Translations under genes and position numbers: made by a program
Assembly: GCA_903894565.1 (NCBI GenBank)
Contig: CAITQP010000006.1
Coordinates: 32,033 to 96,032 of the forward strand
DNA from: an uncultured bacterium
Lineage (GTDB): Bacteria; Patescibacteriota; Minisyncoccia; Phycocordibacterales; UBA9973
DNA: 64,000 nt
Direction: 5' to 3'
Notes under the pieces: model-generated
Told to the model about the DNA's origin: nothing
Databases searched by the model: none
What the model saw: the letters and a program-made list of their open reading frames with translations, nothing else
Shown here: piece by piece, positions 29,976 through 39,630 of the stretch
How positions within the stretch are numbered: position 1 is the first letter of the stretch
Layout: the number at the start of each line of letters is the position of its first letter

Positions 29976-31212
29976 TCTTTGGTTTGCTGGAAAGCCAGTT
30001 AATCAAAGCCCTGAAAACCAGATTTGAAATTGCCCTATGAAAAGCATCTTCGTAAGATTTCTGATACCCCAAAAACCCCATTGGTTCAAAATCTCTAGCA
30101 AATACTTTTTCTCCATGAAGCATGGTAGATCTAATATCGTAGATATAACTTTTCTCTTCTTTGGATAGTTTAGAATATTCCTCATTGGAGTATTTTTCCA
30201 AAAAGTCCTTGAAGCTTTTTCCTAACCTATATTTGGGTTCGCCACATATATCACATTTTTCTATGGATTTGTCAGTGAGAGCTGATCCGCATTTACATTT
30301 TTCTACGTCGTTCATGAGGCATTCAATACTCGTTACTAAACAAACATACGAAACAGAATGTGAAGTTTTCCAGACCTCGCTTGCTGTATACAACCAGTAA
30401 CAAGAAGTAATGAATTTTGGATAGTCGTCAGTATCCAACGTAAAAATAATATCTAGCAATTTACTGGCGTCTTCAACAAGAGTTAATTCATTGCTTTTAC
30501 TTTTTCCAAACTCGAGATCTCTTATGTGTTTTGTTGATGAAAATGAATTGTCCGCTTGGAATTTTTTACCGTAAAAATAACCCATTTGCTTAAACTCGCT
30601 GGTTGTCATTTCTATGTCTTCGTTGTTTATAACGACCCAGTCAAACTGACCGAATCGGGAAGGGCCATAAAACCTTCTTTGCGATAATAAATGTAACAAC
30701 GTGATTAGTTCTCGAGATTTCTTATTTTTTCTAAATGCGTTAACTTGAGCGTTCTTTGACGAAATATATTTGTATTCCAATAAAATTGGGTGATGTCCCC
30801 ACATCTGATTCTCTATTTGAGGTGCCCCAGACGGCATGGGCAGTATCTGAAATAGGTCTTTATATGTAAAATACTCCTCAGCTTTAGAGCCTGTCACGAA
30901 GCAAATATCTCTGCCGACCATTACATCCTGAGCATCAATTAGCTCATCCTGTATTCTTTGTTGAATTTCATTTATATCTTTCTCGCTGAGTTTTGAACCA
31001 TTTTCGATCGACCGAATCTTTCCTTTTGGATCATAAAATATAGTTACAGAAAAATCGTAATCAGTTTCTTCTTTATGATATAGAGATTTGCCCTCATATG
31101 GACCACTACCTCTTCCGAAATATGACAAGAGCACCATTTCTAGTTCGTCTTGCTTTATCTTATTTAAATAAAATTTTTCTTTCAGTTCCATGTTATTTCC
31201 TGTTTCTCCCAT
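29965..31212 (-). CDS. Hypothetical protein with a C-terminal CxC...CxxC zinc-ribbon (island 1 cargo, gene 1 of the operon)
   Basis: KCKCGSALTDKSIEKCDICGEPKY; no recognisable catalytic motif. Confidence 0.45.
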   Translation of the reverse strand: MGETGNNMELKEKFYLNKIKQDELEMVLLSYFGRGSGPYEGKSLYHKEETDYDFSVTIFYDPKGKIRSIENGSKLSEKDINEIQQRIQDELIDAQDVMVGRDICFVTGSKAEEYFTYKDLFQILPMPSGAPQIENQMWGHHPILLEYKYISSKNAQVNAFRKNKKSRELITLLHLLSQRRFYGPSRFGQFDWVVINNEDIEMTTSEFKQMGYFYGKKFQADNSFSSTKHIRDLEFGKSKSNELTLVEDASKLLDIIFTLDTDDYPKFITSCYWLYTASEVWKTSHSVSYVCLVTSIECLMNDVEKCKCGSALTDKSIEKCDICGEPKYRLGKSFKDFLEKYSNEEYSKLSKEEKSYIYDIRSTMLHGEKVFARDFEPMGFLGYQKSYEDAFHRAISNLVFRALINWLSSKPKSVL

Positions 31213-31235
31213 ACCATTCTAACAAAAAGAACGGC

Positions 31236-31263
31236 AATTGCCGTTCTTTTTGTTTATCCATAT
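31236..31263. terminator. Perfect palindromic hairpin AAAAAGAACGGCAATTGCCGTTCTTTTT downstream of tRNA-Ser
   Basis: Seen directly; could act as a bidirectional terminator. Confidence 0.5.
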
Positions 31264-31290
31264 TTGATAGCATCTCGTGCTACCTGTCAA

Positions 31291-31380
31291 TGGCGGAGGC
31301 GGTGAGATTCGAACTCACGGTACCCTTTCGGATACGACAGTTTTCAAGACTGTTGCCTTCAACCACTCAGCCACGCCTCC
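31291..31380 (-). tRNA. tRNA-Ser (anticodon TGA), type II with long variable arm, CCA encoded
   Basis: The reverse complement folds as GGAGGCG/CGCCTCC acceptor, anticodon loop CTTGAAA, variable arm, and T-arm GAGTTCGAATCTC. Confidence 0.85.
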
Positions 31381-31461
31381 GTATGCGTTATTTTGTTCTG
31401 CTTGATTACATTACCTTATTTCTCTCTTTTTTTCAATTTTTTGAGTATACTAGACATATAT

Positions 31462-31878
31462 ATGAAATATCTTGGTATCGATTACGGGACGAAACGGATC
31501 GGGATTGCGGTGAGTGATTCTGATGGAATGCTCGCTCGACCAGTAGCTGTGGTGAAGAATATGACCGGTTTTCTTGATGAAATTGAGGGTATTATCGCTC
31601 GCGAAGGGGTAGAGGGGATCGTTGTTGGAAGCTCGGAAGGCAATAAAGTCCAGCGGGATATTGAGGAGCTCATTGGGCAATTGACGCTCACTACATTTTT
31701 GCCAGTTGAGACTATCACGGAGGCTTTTAGTTCTATGGAGGCACATGGGAAGAAGGGCAAGGAACAGATGGCGGCGCGGGCGACCAAGGCTCCAACCAAG
31801 CCCGCTGACCTCGACGCCCGCGCCGCAGCCGTCATCCTCCAGCGATATCTCGACACCAATAGCAAAAAGAAAAAATAG
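31462..31878 (+). CDS. ruvX: Holliday-junction resolvase-like RuvX/YqgF
   Basis: MKYLGIDYGTKRIGIAVSD N-terminus. Confidence 0.8.
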   Translation: MKYLGIDYGTKRIGIAVSDSDGMLARPVAVVKNMTGFLDEIEGIIAREGVEGIVVGSSEGNKVQRDIEELIGQLTLTTFLPVETITEAFSSMEAHGKKGKEQMAARATKAPTKPADLDARAAAVILQRYLDTNSKKKK

Positions 31879-31890
31879 GTTTTTAGATCT

Positions 31891-33609
31891 ATGGAATCTC
31901 GCGTCTGCAAAAATTGCACAAAAGTATTTGAGATCACTTCAGATGATTTTGGATTTTATACAAAGCTCAATGTACCGGCACCAACGTTCTGTCCTGATTG
32001 TCGAGCACAGCGTCGTCTCGTTTGGCGCAACAACATGTCGCTCTATACACGTCCGTGTGATGCATGTCAGAAGTCTACCGTGTCTGCATATGCACCGACG
32101 ACCTCAATCGTACAATACTGTAACAAGTGTTGGTGGGGTGATTCATGGGACGCAAAAAGTTTTGGAAGAGAATACGATTTTCAAAAACCATTTTTTACTC
32201 AGTTCAAAGAACTCCTTTCCGTCGTTCCGCATATTGCGATGGTGAATGATAATGGTATCGCAAGTATTAATTGCGAGTACACATACGATTGGTGGTTTGC
32301 GAAAAATTGCTACATGGCTTTTTCCGGGTGGCAGGTTGAAAATGTTATGTACAGTTTTTATGTTCTTGCAGGTCGTGACATGATGGATTGCACAAGTATT
32401 ACTGATAAAAATGAATGGCTATACGAATGTATTGATTGTGAGCGATGTTATCAGTTGAAATACTCGCAATTCGCAGTATCCTGTACGGACTCGCAATTTT
32501 TGTATGATTGCCGTGGTTGTAGCGATTGCTTCCTTTCTGCTGGGTTGAGAAATAAAAAATACTGTTTTAAAAATGAACAATATTCGAAGGAGGAGTATGA
32601 ATCAATTCTCGCATCGTATCGCCTTGATACATATTCAGGTGTTGAACGAGCGAGGCAGGAATACCATGCGTTCATACTTTTGTACCCACGCCGTTACGCG
32701 CATATTGTGCACAGCACCAATTCCACGGGAGATCTTTTGACGAACTGTAAAAACACTCATCAAGCATTTAACGTTCAAGGAGCAGAGAACTGCAAGTTTT
32801 ATGACTTTGGGACAATGCCAAAAGATTCCTATGATATTTCAATGACGGGGGAGATGAGTGAATGCTATGAGGGATCGGTAGTAGACCATTCAAGCAGAAA
32901 TGTATTTGGAGTGTTTAGTGTAAAAAGTCAGGATATTCGATACACACAGCATTGTCACTCAGGGAAACATTTGTTTGGATGCGTTGGTTTGCGAAACGCT
33001 GAATATTGTATTTTGAATAAGCAATATACGAAAGAAGAATATGAAGCATTGGTTCCTCGAATTAGTGATCACATGAATGTGATGCCGTATGAAGACAAAA
33101 ACGGATGTTTCTATCCATACGGAGAAAATTACCCGATTGAATTATCTCCATTTGGGTACAACGAAACATTTGCGAATGAGCGCTTTCCATTACCGCGCGA
33201 AGTTGCGGTTGAAAAAGGGTATGCATGGCAAGATGGGCAGCAACGTACAACAGGACGAGAAACGATAGGGAGCGAGGCGATTCCTGAGACTATTGCAGAG
33301 ACGAGTGACACGATAACAAAAGAAATTTTGGCGTGTTGTACCTGCGGAAGGAATTATAAAATCGTTGCACAAGAGTATGTGTTCTATACAAAAATGAATA
33401 TTCCGATTCCGCGGAATTGTTTTCATTGTCGGCATGCGGCGCGCTCCGCGCGCCGCAACCCCTTCCACTTGTGGAAGCGACAGTGCATGTGCGAAGAAAC
33501 AATTCATGGACACGATACAAGCTGTGCGAACGAGTTTGAGACATCATACGCGCCATCTCGCAAGGAAATAGTGTACTGCGAATCGTGCTACCAAAAGCAC
33601 ACCAACTAG
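31891..33609 (+). CDS. Cysteine-rich hypothetical protein with internal repeats and zinc-ribbon-like termini
   Basis: More than 40 Cys. Repeated modules such as GCSDCFLSAGLRNKKYCFKNEQYSKEEYE and GCVGLRNAEYCILNKQYTKEEYE. N- and C-termini show similar CxxC...C motifs with FYTKLN/FYTKMN. Confidence 0.5.
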   Translation: MESRVCKNCTKVFEITSDDFGFYTKLNVPAPTFCPDCRAQRRLVWRNNMSLYTRPCDACQKSTVSAYAPTTSIVQYCNKCWWGDSWDAKSFGREYDFQKPFFTQFKELLSVVPHIAMVNDNGIASINCEYTYDWWFAKNCYMAFSGWQVENVMYSFYVLAGRDMMDCTSITDKNEWLYECIDCERCYQLKYSQFAVSCTDSQFLYDCRGCSDCFLSAGLRNKKYCFKNEQYSKEEYESILASYRLDTYSGVERARQEYHAFILLYPRRYAHIVHSTNSTGDLLTNCKNTHQAFNVQGAENCKFYDFGTMPKDSYDISMTGEMSECYEGSVVDHSSRNVFGVFSVKSQDIRYTQHCHSGKHLFGCVGLRNAEYCILNKQYTKEEYEALVPRISDHMNVMPYEDKNGCFYPYGENYPIELSPFGYNETFANERFPLPREVAVEKGYAWQDGQQRTTGRETIGSEAIPETIAETSDTITKEILACCTCGRNYKIVAQEYVFYTKMNIPIPRNCFHCRHAARSARRNPFHLWKRQCMCEETIHGHDTSCANEFETSYAPSRKEIVYCESCYQKHTN

Positions 33610-33625
33610 GATATACTCCCCATAT

Positions 33626-34051
33626 ATGGAATACGTTTCGTACGATGAATTTAAAAAGATGGATATGCGCGTGGGCACGATCCGTGCTGTCGAGCCAGTT
33701 GAGGGGACTGACAAACTTTTGAAGTGTCAGATTGATTTCGGAGAATTCGAAGCGGTCGAACTGAGCGCTGCTGTCACAAGCGACGAATCTGCCGAAGCAA
33801 GTACTGAAATTGTGGCCGAAGCGCCTGCCCTTGTTCCTAAACTCCGCCAGATTGTCTCAGGTATTCGTGAATTTTTTCCTGAATACGAAAAGCTCGTGGG
33901 CAAACAAGTTCTCTATATTGTAAATCTTGAACCACGTATGATTCGCGGAGTGGAGAGTAGAGGCATGCTCATGGCTGTTGACGGCAAAGACGGTAAGCCC
34001 GTGTTTCTTTCTCCTGAAGTCGAAGTAAACGCTGGATCACACGTTCGTTAA
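33626..34051 (+). CDS. tRNA-binding domain protein (CsaA/Trbp111, EMAP/Myf fold)
   Basis: MDMRVGTIRAVEPVEGTDKLLKCQIDFGE. Confidence 0.7.
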   Translation: MEYVSYDEFKKMDMRVGTIRAVEPVEGTDKLLKCQIDFGEFEAVELSAAVTSDESAEASTEIVAEAPALVPKLRQIVSGIREFFPEYEKLVGKQVLYIVNLEPRMIRGVESRGMLMAVDGKDGKPVFLSPEVEVNAGSHVR

Positions 34052-34060
34052 TCTATCAGA

Positions 34061-34648
34061 ATGGAAAAACTTATCCCGCTTATCGAGACAGTTGGTTATA
34101 TCGGAATATTCGGTATGATTTTTGCTGAGACTGGCTTGTTGGTCGGATTTTTCTTTCCAGGAGACACGTTACTTTTCGCGGCGGGAATTCTTGCTTCGAA
34201 AGGAATTTTTAATATCGGTATTCTGCTTGCGGGGGCGTCGCTCATGGCGATACTCGGTGATACGACGGGGTACATGATTGGAAAGAAGATTGGTCCGCGA
34301 ATTTTCGTTCGAGAAGATTCTCTCTTCTTTAAACAAGCATACGTAGTTCGAGCTCAACATTTTTTCCAAAAGCACGGACGCAAAACAATTTTTTTGTCAC
34401 GCTACATTCCTATCGTACGAACCTTTGCTCCTGTGGTTGCTGGTGTAGGGGAGATGCCGTATCATACGTTTCTTCTTTTTAATATTCTCGGAGGAGTTGT
34501 CTGGTGTTTTTCTATTGGTCTCGCCGGATATTTTTTAGGTGCAAAAATCCCCAATATCGACACCTACATACTTCCAATCGTTGTTGGTATTTTTGTGTTG
34601 TCGTTCCTCCCTGTCGTTCGGCAATTTTTACCACGGAAGAAAAAATAG
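34061..34648 (+). CDS. DedA-family (VTT domain) membrane protein
   Basis: FFPGDTLLFAAGILASKG and GRKTIFLSRYIPIVRTFAPVVAG. Confidence 0.75.
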   Translation: MEKLIPLIETVGYIGIFGMIFAETGLLVGFFFPGDTLLFAAGILASKGIFNIGILLAGASLMAILGDTTGYMIGKKIGPRIFVREDSLFFKQAYVVRAQHFFQKHGRKTIFLSRYIPIVRTFAPVVAGVGEMPYHTFLLFNILGGVVWCFSIGLAGYFLGAKIPNIDTYILPIVVGIFVLSFLPVVRQFLPRKKK

Positions 34649-34707
34649 CTTGAATATGCACAGGATTGTTTCTTTCAAAGCTCATTTGTCGTATACTAGT
34701 GTTTAGT

Positions 34708-35802
34708 ATGACTGAAGCACGTCCACGGAATTTTCTTTTTTCTCCGCCATCATTTATTTTGATGCCAGCGGTTGGAATTGATATCTCTGACCGAAGTATA
34801 AAATACGCTCGACTCGTTCCAGCAGGCGAAGGCTACAACCTTGGTGATTTCGGTTCTGTTCCACTTGCTCCAGGTATTGTTGAGGCAGGAAGGATTATTT
34901 CACCTGAGATGCTTGAAGCAGCACTTGGTAATCTCAGACGCGATCACGATATTTCGTTTGTACGTGCGGCACTTCCTGAAGAACAAATGTACTTTTTCCG
35001 CATGACAATTCCTACGGGCCCTCGTGATGTGCTCCGAGATACAATCGAACTTTCACTTGAAGAACACGTACCAATTGCTGGACCAGATGCTGTCTTTGAT
35101 TTTGAAGTAGTGAGTAGTACAGATGCTGATGTTGAGGTCGCTGTTACTGCCGCACCTCGATCAATCGTCGAGAGTTACAGTGATACGTTCTCACGTGCTG
35201 GGTTAACGCTCCTTTCACTTGAGCTTGAGGCTGAAGCAATTGCGCGTACCGTTATTCACAACGAAGATACATTTGCTCACCTTATTGTTGATTTTGGAGA
35301 AACTCGAACTGGTATAGCGATTAGCTACAAGGGCGAAGTGTACTTTACTTCTACGATTGCGATTGGAGGCCGTATGCTCACTGAGACACTTGCGAAGCAT
35401 TTTAGTGTGTCAATGGAAGAAGCAGAAAAAATGAAACACGATTTCGGTTTGGATCGTAATGCTGAACACCAGGATCTTTTTGCTCTTCTGTTGAACAACG
35501 TCGCCGTGCTTCGTGACGAAATCAACAAACACTTTATCTATTGGCACACACACCCAGATGAAAACGGGAACGCTCGACCAACAATCGAAGAGATTGTTTT
35601 GGTTGGCGGGGGATCAAATCTTGCGGGTCTTCCTGACTATCTGTCTGCATCCTTGCGTGTAAAAACATCTGTTGCGAATATTTGGACAAACGTTACCATG
35701 CCTGTCGGTGGAGTACCTGAATTATCTCGAAGTGAATCAGTTGGATACGCGACAGCTGTCGGGCTTTCGCTCCATGAAGCATCAAGTGATCAAATCATAT
35801 GA
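34708..35802 (+). CDS. pilM: Type IV pilus assembly protein PilM (actin-like ATPase fold)
   Basis: VGIDISDRSIKYARL and LIVDFGETRTGIAI motifs. The start is uncertain: 34666, 34708 or 34762. Confidence 0.7.
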   Translation: MTEARPRNFLFSPPSFILMPAVGIDISDRSIKYARLVPAGEGYNLGDFGSVPLAPGIVEAGRIISPEMLEAALGNLRRDHDISFVRAALPEEQMYFFRMTIPTGPRDVLRDTIELSLEEHVPIAGPDAVFDFEVVSSTDADVEVAVTAAPRSIVESYSDTFSRAGLTLLSLELEAEAIARTVIHNEDTFAHLIVDFGETRTGIAISYKGEVYFTSTIAIGGRMLTETLAKHFSVSMEEAEKMKHDFGLDRNAEHQDLFALLLNNVAVLRDEINKHFIYWHTHPDENGNARPTIEEIVLVGGGSNLAGLPDYLSASLRVKTSVANIWTNVTMPVGGVPELSRSESVGYATAVGLSLHEASSDQII

Positions 35803-36347
35803 GTAATCTTCTTCCTCCATCTCAAAAACAGGATATTCTTCGTTTGTATCGTAAGCGACTCGTTTCGATCGCGCTGCTTACTTTTGTTGGGTTGCTCATG
35901 TCTGCCTTTGTTCTCGCAATGCCGTCGTTGTTATATCTAAAATCAAGTGAAATCGTATTGACTGCAAAACGCGATACACTTTCGGGATATGAAACAAGCT
36001 CGATTGCTCGCACGTTGAGTACTGCTGTCGCCGATGTAAATTCTCGCCTTGCAGTATTTCCTGCTACCGAGACAGCCTCACCGCTCATTGCTGATTTTGT
36101 AAATCCCGTCTTGCTCGCAAAATCAAATTCGATTCATCTCGTTGGTTTTTCATACGAAAAGGGAGCAAAACTAAACGAGGCAAAAGTAAAAGTAACCGGA
36201 ACAGCTGATAGCAGAGTAGCGCTCCTTGCGTTTACTGATAGACTCAAGAAGGTAGGAAGTTTTAGCGATGTGAATGTTCCGATTACGAATTTTATTTTGG
36301 ATACAAACGTTCCATTCACAGTGAGTGCAACGGTTTCGCTTCAGTAA
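35799..36347 (+). CDS. pilN: PilN-like pilus assembly protein
   Basis: Begins MSNLLPP (PilN N-terminus) then a single TM helix; follows pilM with a 4-nt overlap. Confidence 0.55.
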   Translation: MSNLLPPSQKQDILRLYRKRLVSIALLTFVGLLMSAFVLAMPSLLYLKSSEIVLTAKRDTLSGYETSSIARTLSTAVADVNSRLAVFPATETASPLIADFVNPVLLAKSNSIHLVGFSYEKGAKLNEAKVKVTGTADSRVALLAFTDRLKKVGSFSDVNVPITNFILDTNVPFTVSATVSLQ

Positions 36348-36358
36348 TAGAGAATTGT

Positions 36359-36952
36359 ATGAATAATCAATCAGAAAAACCAATCAGAGTTACGAATACT
36401 ATTTTTATAGGCACAGTGCTTCTTGCTCTATTCGTCGTTGGCGCGTATGTGTATCTTTTTAATACCATCAAAACAGTTGGAGAACAAAACGCAGCACTTG
36501 AAGTAGAAACGACGACACTCGAGGCGCAAGCATCTCAAGTGGGGGAGTTGAAAAAGAATTTGGCTTTAATTCAAGCACGTCGTCCGGTTCTCGTTTCGTA
36601 TTTTATTGACGCAAGCGACATCGTTCCATTCCTTGAGACAATTGAAGGGTATGGGAAACAAACAAATGTAACAACAAAATTTAACACATTTGTATTCAAA
36701 AAATCACCAGACATGCTTGCTGTTTCTATGGTTGCTGATGGTTCTTTTACCGACCTCTATCACTTTATGGCTTTGCTTGAGGCTGCACCCTACGAGATCG
36801 GTATGACGAATGTGAACGTCCAAGCACAAAAACCAAAAGGACTCGATTCTGCAAAGGGGCAGGCAGTAGCTCAAGCGGTATGGGAGGCGCAGATTTCACT
36901 CGCGGTTACCAGTATTACGGGCGTTCCAAAAGATGCCGTAAAATCAAAATAA
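36359..36952 (+). CDS. pilO: PilO-like pilus assembly protein
   Basis: Single TM helix then a coiled coil; positioned after pilN. Confidence 0.5.
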   Translation: MNNQSEKPIRVTNTIFIGTVLLALFVVGAYVYLFNTIKTVGEQNAALEVETTTLEAQASQVGELKKNLALIQARRPVLVSYFIDASDIVPFLETIEGYGKQTNVTTKFNTFVFKKSPDMLAVSMVADGSFTDLYHFMALLEAAPYEIGMTNVNVQAQKPKGLDSAKGQAVAQAVWEAQISLAVTSITGVPKDAVKSK

Positions 36953-36953
36953 T

Positions 36954-37277
36954 ATGAATGAAATTCGAGCAAAATTACATAACTCAAAAAAATTCCTAGC
37001 GAGCACTTTTATATTTCCAATCAATCCTCGCATGCAGTTTCGTCGTTTGATGATCGGGGGAATGATCTTGTTTATTTTTGTATTTCTCGTGCACATGTAT
37101 TTGTTCTACAAAATTGAATCGCATTCAATTTTTCAGACAACAGATACCTCCCCAATGAGTGTTCCTGTCGTAAATGAAACGAAACTTGCGACCGTACTTT
37201 TGCGTTTTGAGGATAAGGCTGTGATTCGTTCTGCTGCATTGAATCTTGTGCCTGCAGTAGCTGATCCGAGTCAGTAA
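36954..37277 (+). CDS. Small single-pass membrane protein (possibly a PilP-like accessory protein)
   Basis: Position in the pil operon plus one TM helix; no motif. Confidence 0.3.
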   Translation: MNEIRAKLHNSKKFLASTFIFPINPRMQFRRLMIGGMILFIFVFLVHMYLFYKIESHSIFQTTDTSPMSVPVVNETKLATVLLRFEDKAVIRSAALNLVPAVADPSQ

Positions 37278-37282
37278 GAACT

Positions 37283-38389
37283 ATGGAACACTTTTCTTCT
37301 GAAAATAGTACCGCCGAAGAAAAACTTTCTCCAGAGGAAAGAGATTCTCGCCGTAAAGAAAAAAGAAAAAAGGAACTGAAAGAAAAAAAGAAAAAACGAG
37401 AGAAAGAAAAAAAGGAAAAAGAAAAAATTGAAAACCGCGAAAAAGCGCGTGTTGCAGGTGTTCGAAAAGGGAAGGAGAGCTATGCTCGACGTGTCCTTGA
37501 AGAAAAGAACCTCTTTAAGAAGTCGTTTCGAATTGGGTATATGGTTGGGTCGTGGATCGCAAAACGATCAACAGCACGTCTTGATACGAGCACTCTTGCA
37601 CATCCCAATGTTCATGAAGACGAAACGGATTTTACAAATAAAACAGCAGCTTTTGCTCAAGAGCTAAACAAGGACGAACTTCTGGATCGTACTATAAAGG
37701 CGGAGGAGGTAGCCCCAGCAGCGAACGAGATGCAAAAAAAAGAGCAAGTGGCCCCCGCCTTTCAAGAGCGTGATTTTGTAATGGAAGAAATCGATAGAGA
37801 ACTTCGAGATCTTGGTTCAGAGGATCATAATATTCAAACGATGGATCCAGCTGAAGCATTGAATCTTGTTCGAGTAAAAGAGTTGGAGAAGGAGCTAAAA
37901 GGTGAGCAGAAAAAAGAACAGCGGATAACTCCAGATGAGTTGAGCCGTGAACTTGGCATTCTTCGAAAGCTCTGGGGGCAGGCGCTCGACTCGATGGAAG
38001 ATACGAGTAGCGATGTTCGGATCGTTGAGTTACTTACGTTGACTGCTCGCGCAAAATCAAACCCGAAACTTCTCGAAGAATATCTTAAGAATGAAGGCAA
38101 AATGCTTAGTTCTGAAGAACGATTTTTTATTGAGATGTCGATTGAACTTAATTCTTTTAAGACAAAGGCAAAAGAGTTGTTACGTAAGGATCGACAAGGA
38201 GATACACAAAGTCTCTCTCCGGAAGAATTTCATACATTTGTAAATGAAAATACAGTTGATGAAAATGTTCTTGATAGGCTCGCACAAAAAATCGCTTCAG
38301 GCGGACAGATGACACCGGAAGAGATCGCCCTGTTTCAAGGGAGGCATTCTGATATTGAGAAACGACTTAGAGAGATTAAAGAAAAGTAA
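37283..38389 (+). CDS. Hypothetical highly charged protein (Lys/Glu-rich N-terminus), last gene of the pil cluster
   Basis: KEKRKKELKEKKKKREKEKKEKEKIENREK low-complexity stretch, then a helical domain. Confidence 0.4.
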   Translation: MEHFSSENSTAEEKLSPEERDSRRKEKRKKELKEKKKKREKEKKEKEKIENREKARVAGVRKGKESYARRVLEEKNLFKKSFRIGYMVGSWIAKRSTARLDTSTLAHPNVHEDETDFTNKTAAFAQELNKDELLDRTIKAEEVAPAANEMQKKEQVAPAFQERDFVMEEIDRELRDLGSEDHNIQTMDPAEALNLVRVKELEKELKGEQKKEQRITPDELSRELGILRKLWGQALDSMEDTSSDVRIVELLTLTARAKSNPKLLEEYLKNEGKMLSSEERFFIEMSIELNSFKTKAKELLRKDRQGDTQSLSPEEFHTFVNENTVDENVLDRLAQKIASGGQMTPEEIALFQGRHSDIEKRLREIKEK

Positions 38390-39491
38390 TTTCTACGATT
38401 TCGCAATTTGAACCAACACGAAGTGGCGGACCCCATCCTCCGATACCGCTTGAGACATACACTTGAAGATTACCAAGTGGTTTTAAGCCATACCCGAATC
38501 CTTTATAAGCAATATCTGCGAGATAATTAAAAGGCCACTGTTGTCCGCGGTGGGTGTGTCCAGAAATCTGGAATGAGATTCCCGCCTGCTCTGCGACTTC
38601 AAGATCTTTTGGTTCATGCTTCAGGAGAATTGATGGAAGGGTCGTCGTATGAGCGAGTTTCTCGAGAAGCACTTTGAAAGCTTCTTTTTTTGTTGCGTGT
38701 TGGTAGTCAACGCCGAGAATTTGGAGTCCGTCGAGTGTGATGAGTTTGTCGTTTAAAATGGTGATACCAAGTTTCTCGACTGCCTGTACAAAGGGAGTTG
38801 GGTCACCAAATTCTTCATGATTACCAGAAATAAAATATACGCCGCGTGGAGCGATAAGTTCTGAGAGCGGTCGTGCTATTGCGTACGGATCAGGCGCATG
38901 GGTTCCGTCGTATAAATCACCACCAATGAAGACGATGTCAGGGGAGAGCGAATTAGAAAGAGCGGTTACTTTTTTAGAAAATGGCGCTCCACGTACTGAG
39001 CCAAGATGGAGGTCGCTCATCCACACTGCGGTTCGTCCACGCCACGCCTCTGGAAGATTGGAGAGAGTTACAGATATTTTTTTTGTTACGATCCTTCTTC
39101 CGTTCATGTATCCATAGATACTGACGAGAATCGCAATGCCAAAGAATACAAAACCGAATGGGCGAGCATCTGAGACGAATACGGCACTGATATCATACAA
39201 AATTCCTGCAATGAGAAGATATGCAAATGAACCAGTCCAAATCGCAGTGAGTCGATACAAGAAACGAGTGAGATAACTTTTTGAAAATCGTTCAATCACA
39301 AGCATACCCAGGAATCCCCCCGAAAGGAATGCAAGCATGATTGCCCCAGTAGCACGCGTCGTATGATTGGTGATTGAAAGTAACGAAACGACTGCCATAT
39401 AGACGACGATATTTGCTTCAATGAGAAGTACAAATGCGACGCTAATAAAGGTAACGAGTGCTTTGAGTGAATGCGGTTTATTTTTATCCAT
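38376..39491 (-). CDS. Membrane-anchored metallophosphoesterase (calcineurin-like)
   Basis: Several TM helices, then motifs VWMSDLHLG, GGDLYDG and GNHE. Confidence 0.7.
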   Translation of the reverse strand: MDKNKPHSLKALVTFISVAFVLLIEANIVVYMAVVSLLSITNHTTRATGAIMLAFLSGGFLGMLVIERFSKSYLTRFLYRLTAIWTGSFAYLLIAGILYDISAVFVSDARPFGFVFFGIAILVSIYGYMNGRRIVTKKISVTLSNLPEAWRGRTAVWMSDLHLGSVRGAPFSKKVTALSNSLSPDIVFIGGDLYDGTHAPDPYAIARPLSELIAPRGVYFISGNHEEFGDPTPFVQAVEKLGITILNDKLITLDGLQILGVDYQHATKKEAFKVLLEKLAHTTTLPSILLKHEPKDLEVAEQAGISFQISGHTHRGQQWPFNYLADIAYKGFGYGLKPLGNLQVYVSSGIGGWGPPLRVGSNCEIVEITFL

Positions 39492-39630
39492 GATTTATGT
39501 TGTGCCCCAACCGCGTCTCGGACGAAGTGGTATCAACCAGTGTAAGCGTTCTTTGGTGATTTTCCAAGCGTAATTCTGAGGCACCCGCATAGGGGTCAAT
39601 TTTCCCAAAATCAGCAGTTTCAAAGAAATT

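Larger units (their letters stand above)
24196..31380. mobile_element. Putative integrated genomic island 1: bounded by palindromic AATGNNACAC sites (24196–24278) and the 3' end of tRNA-Ser. Carries a large serine recombinase and a nuclease-fold defence candidate.
   Basis: Serine recombinase 27977–29296. The tRNA-Ser 3' end faces the island. Cargo is made of hypothetical and defence-like genes. Site A resembles the sites upstream of recombinase 2. Confidence 0.45.
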
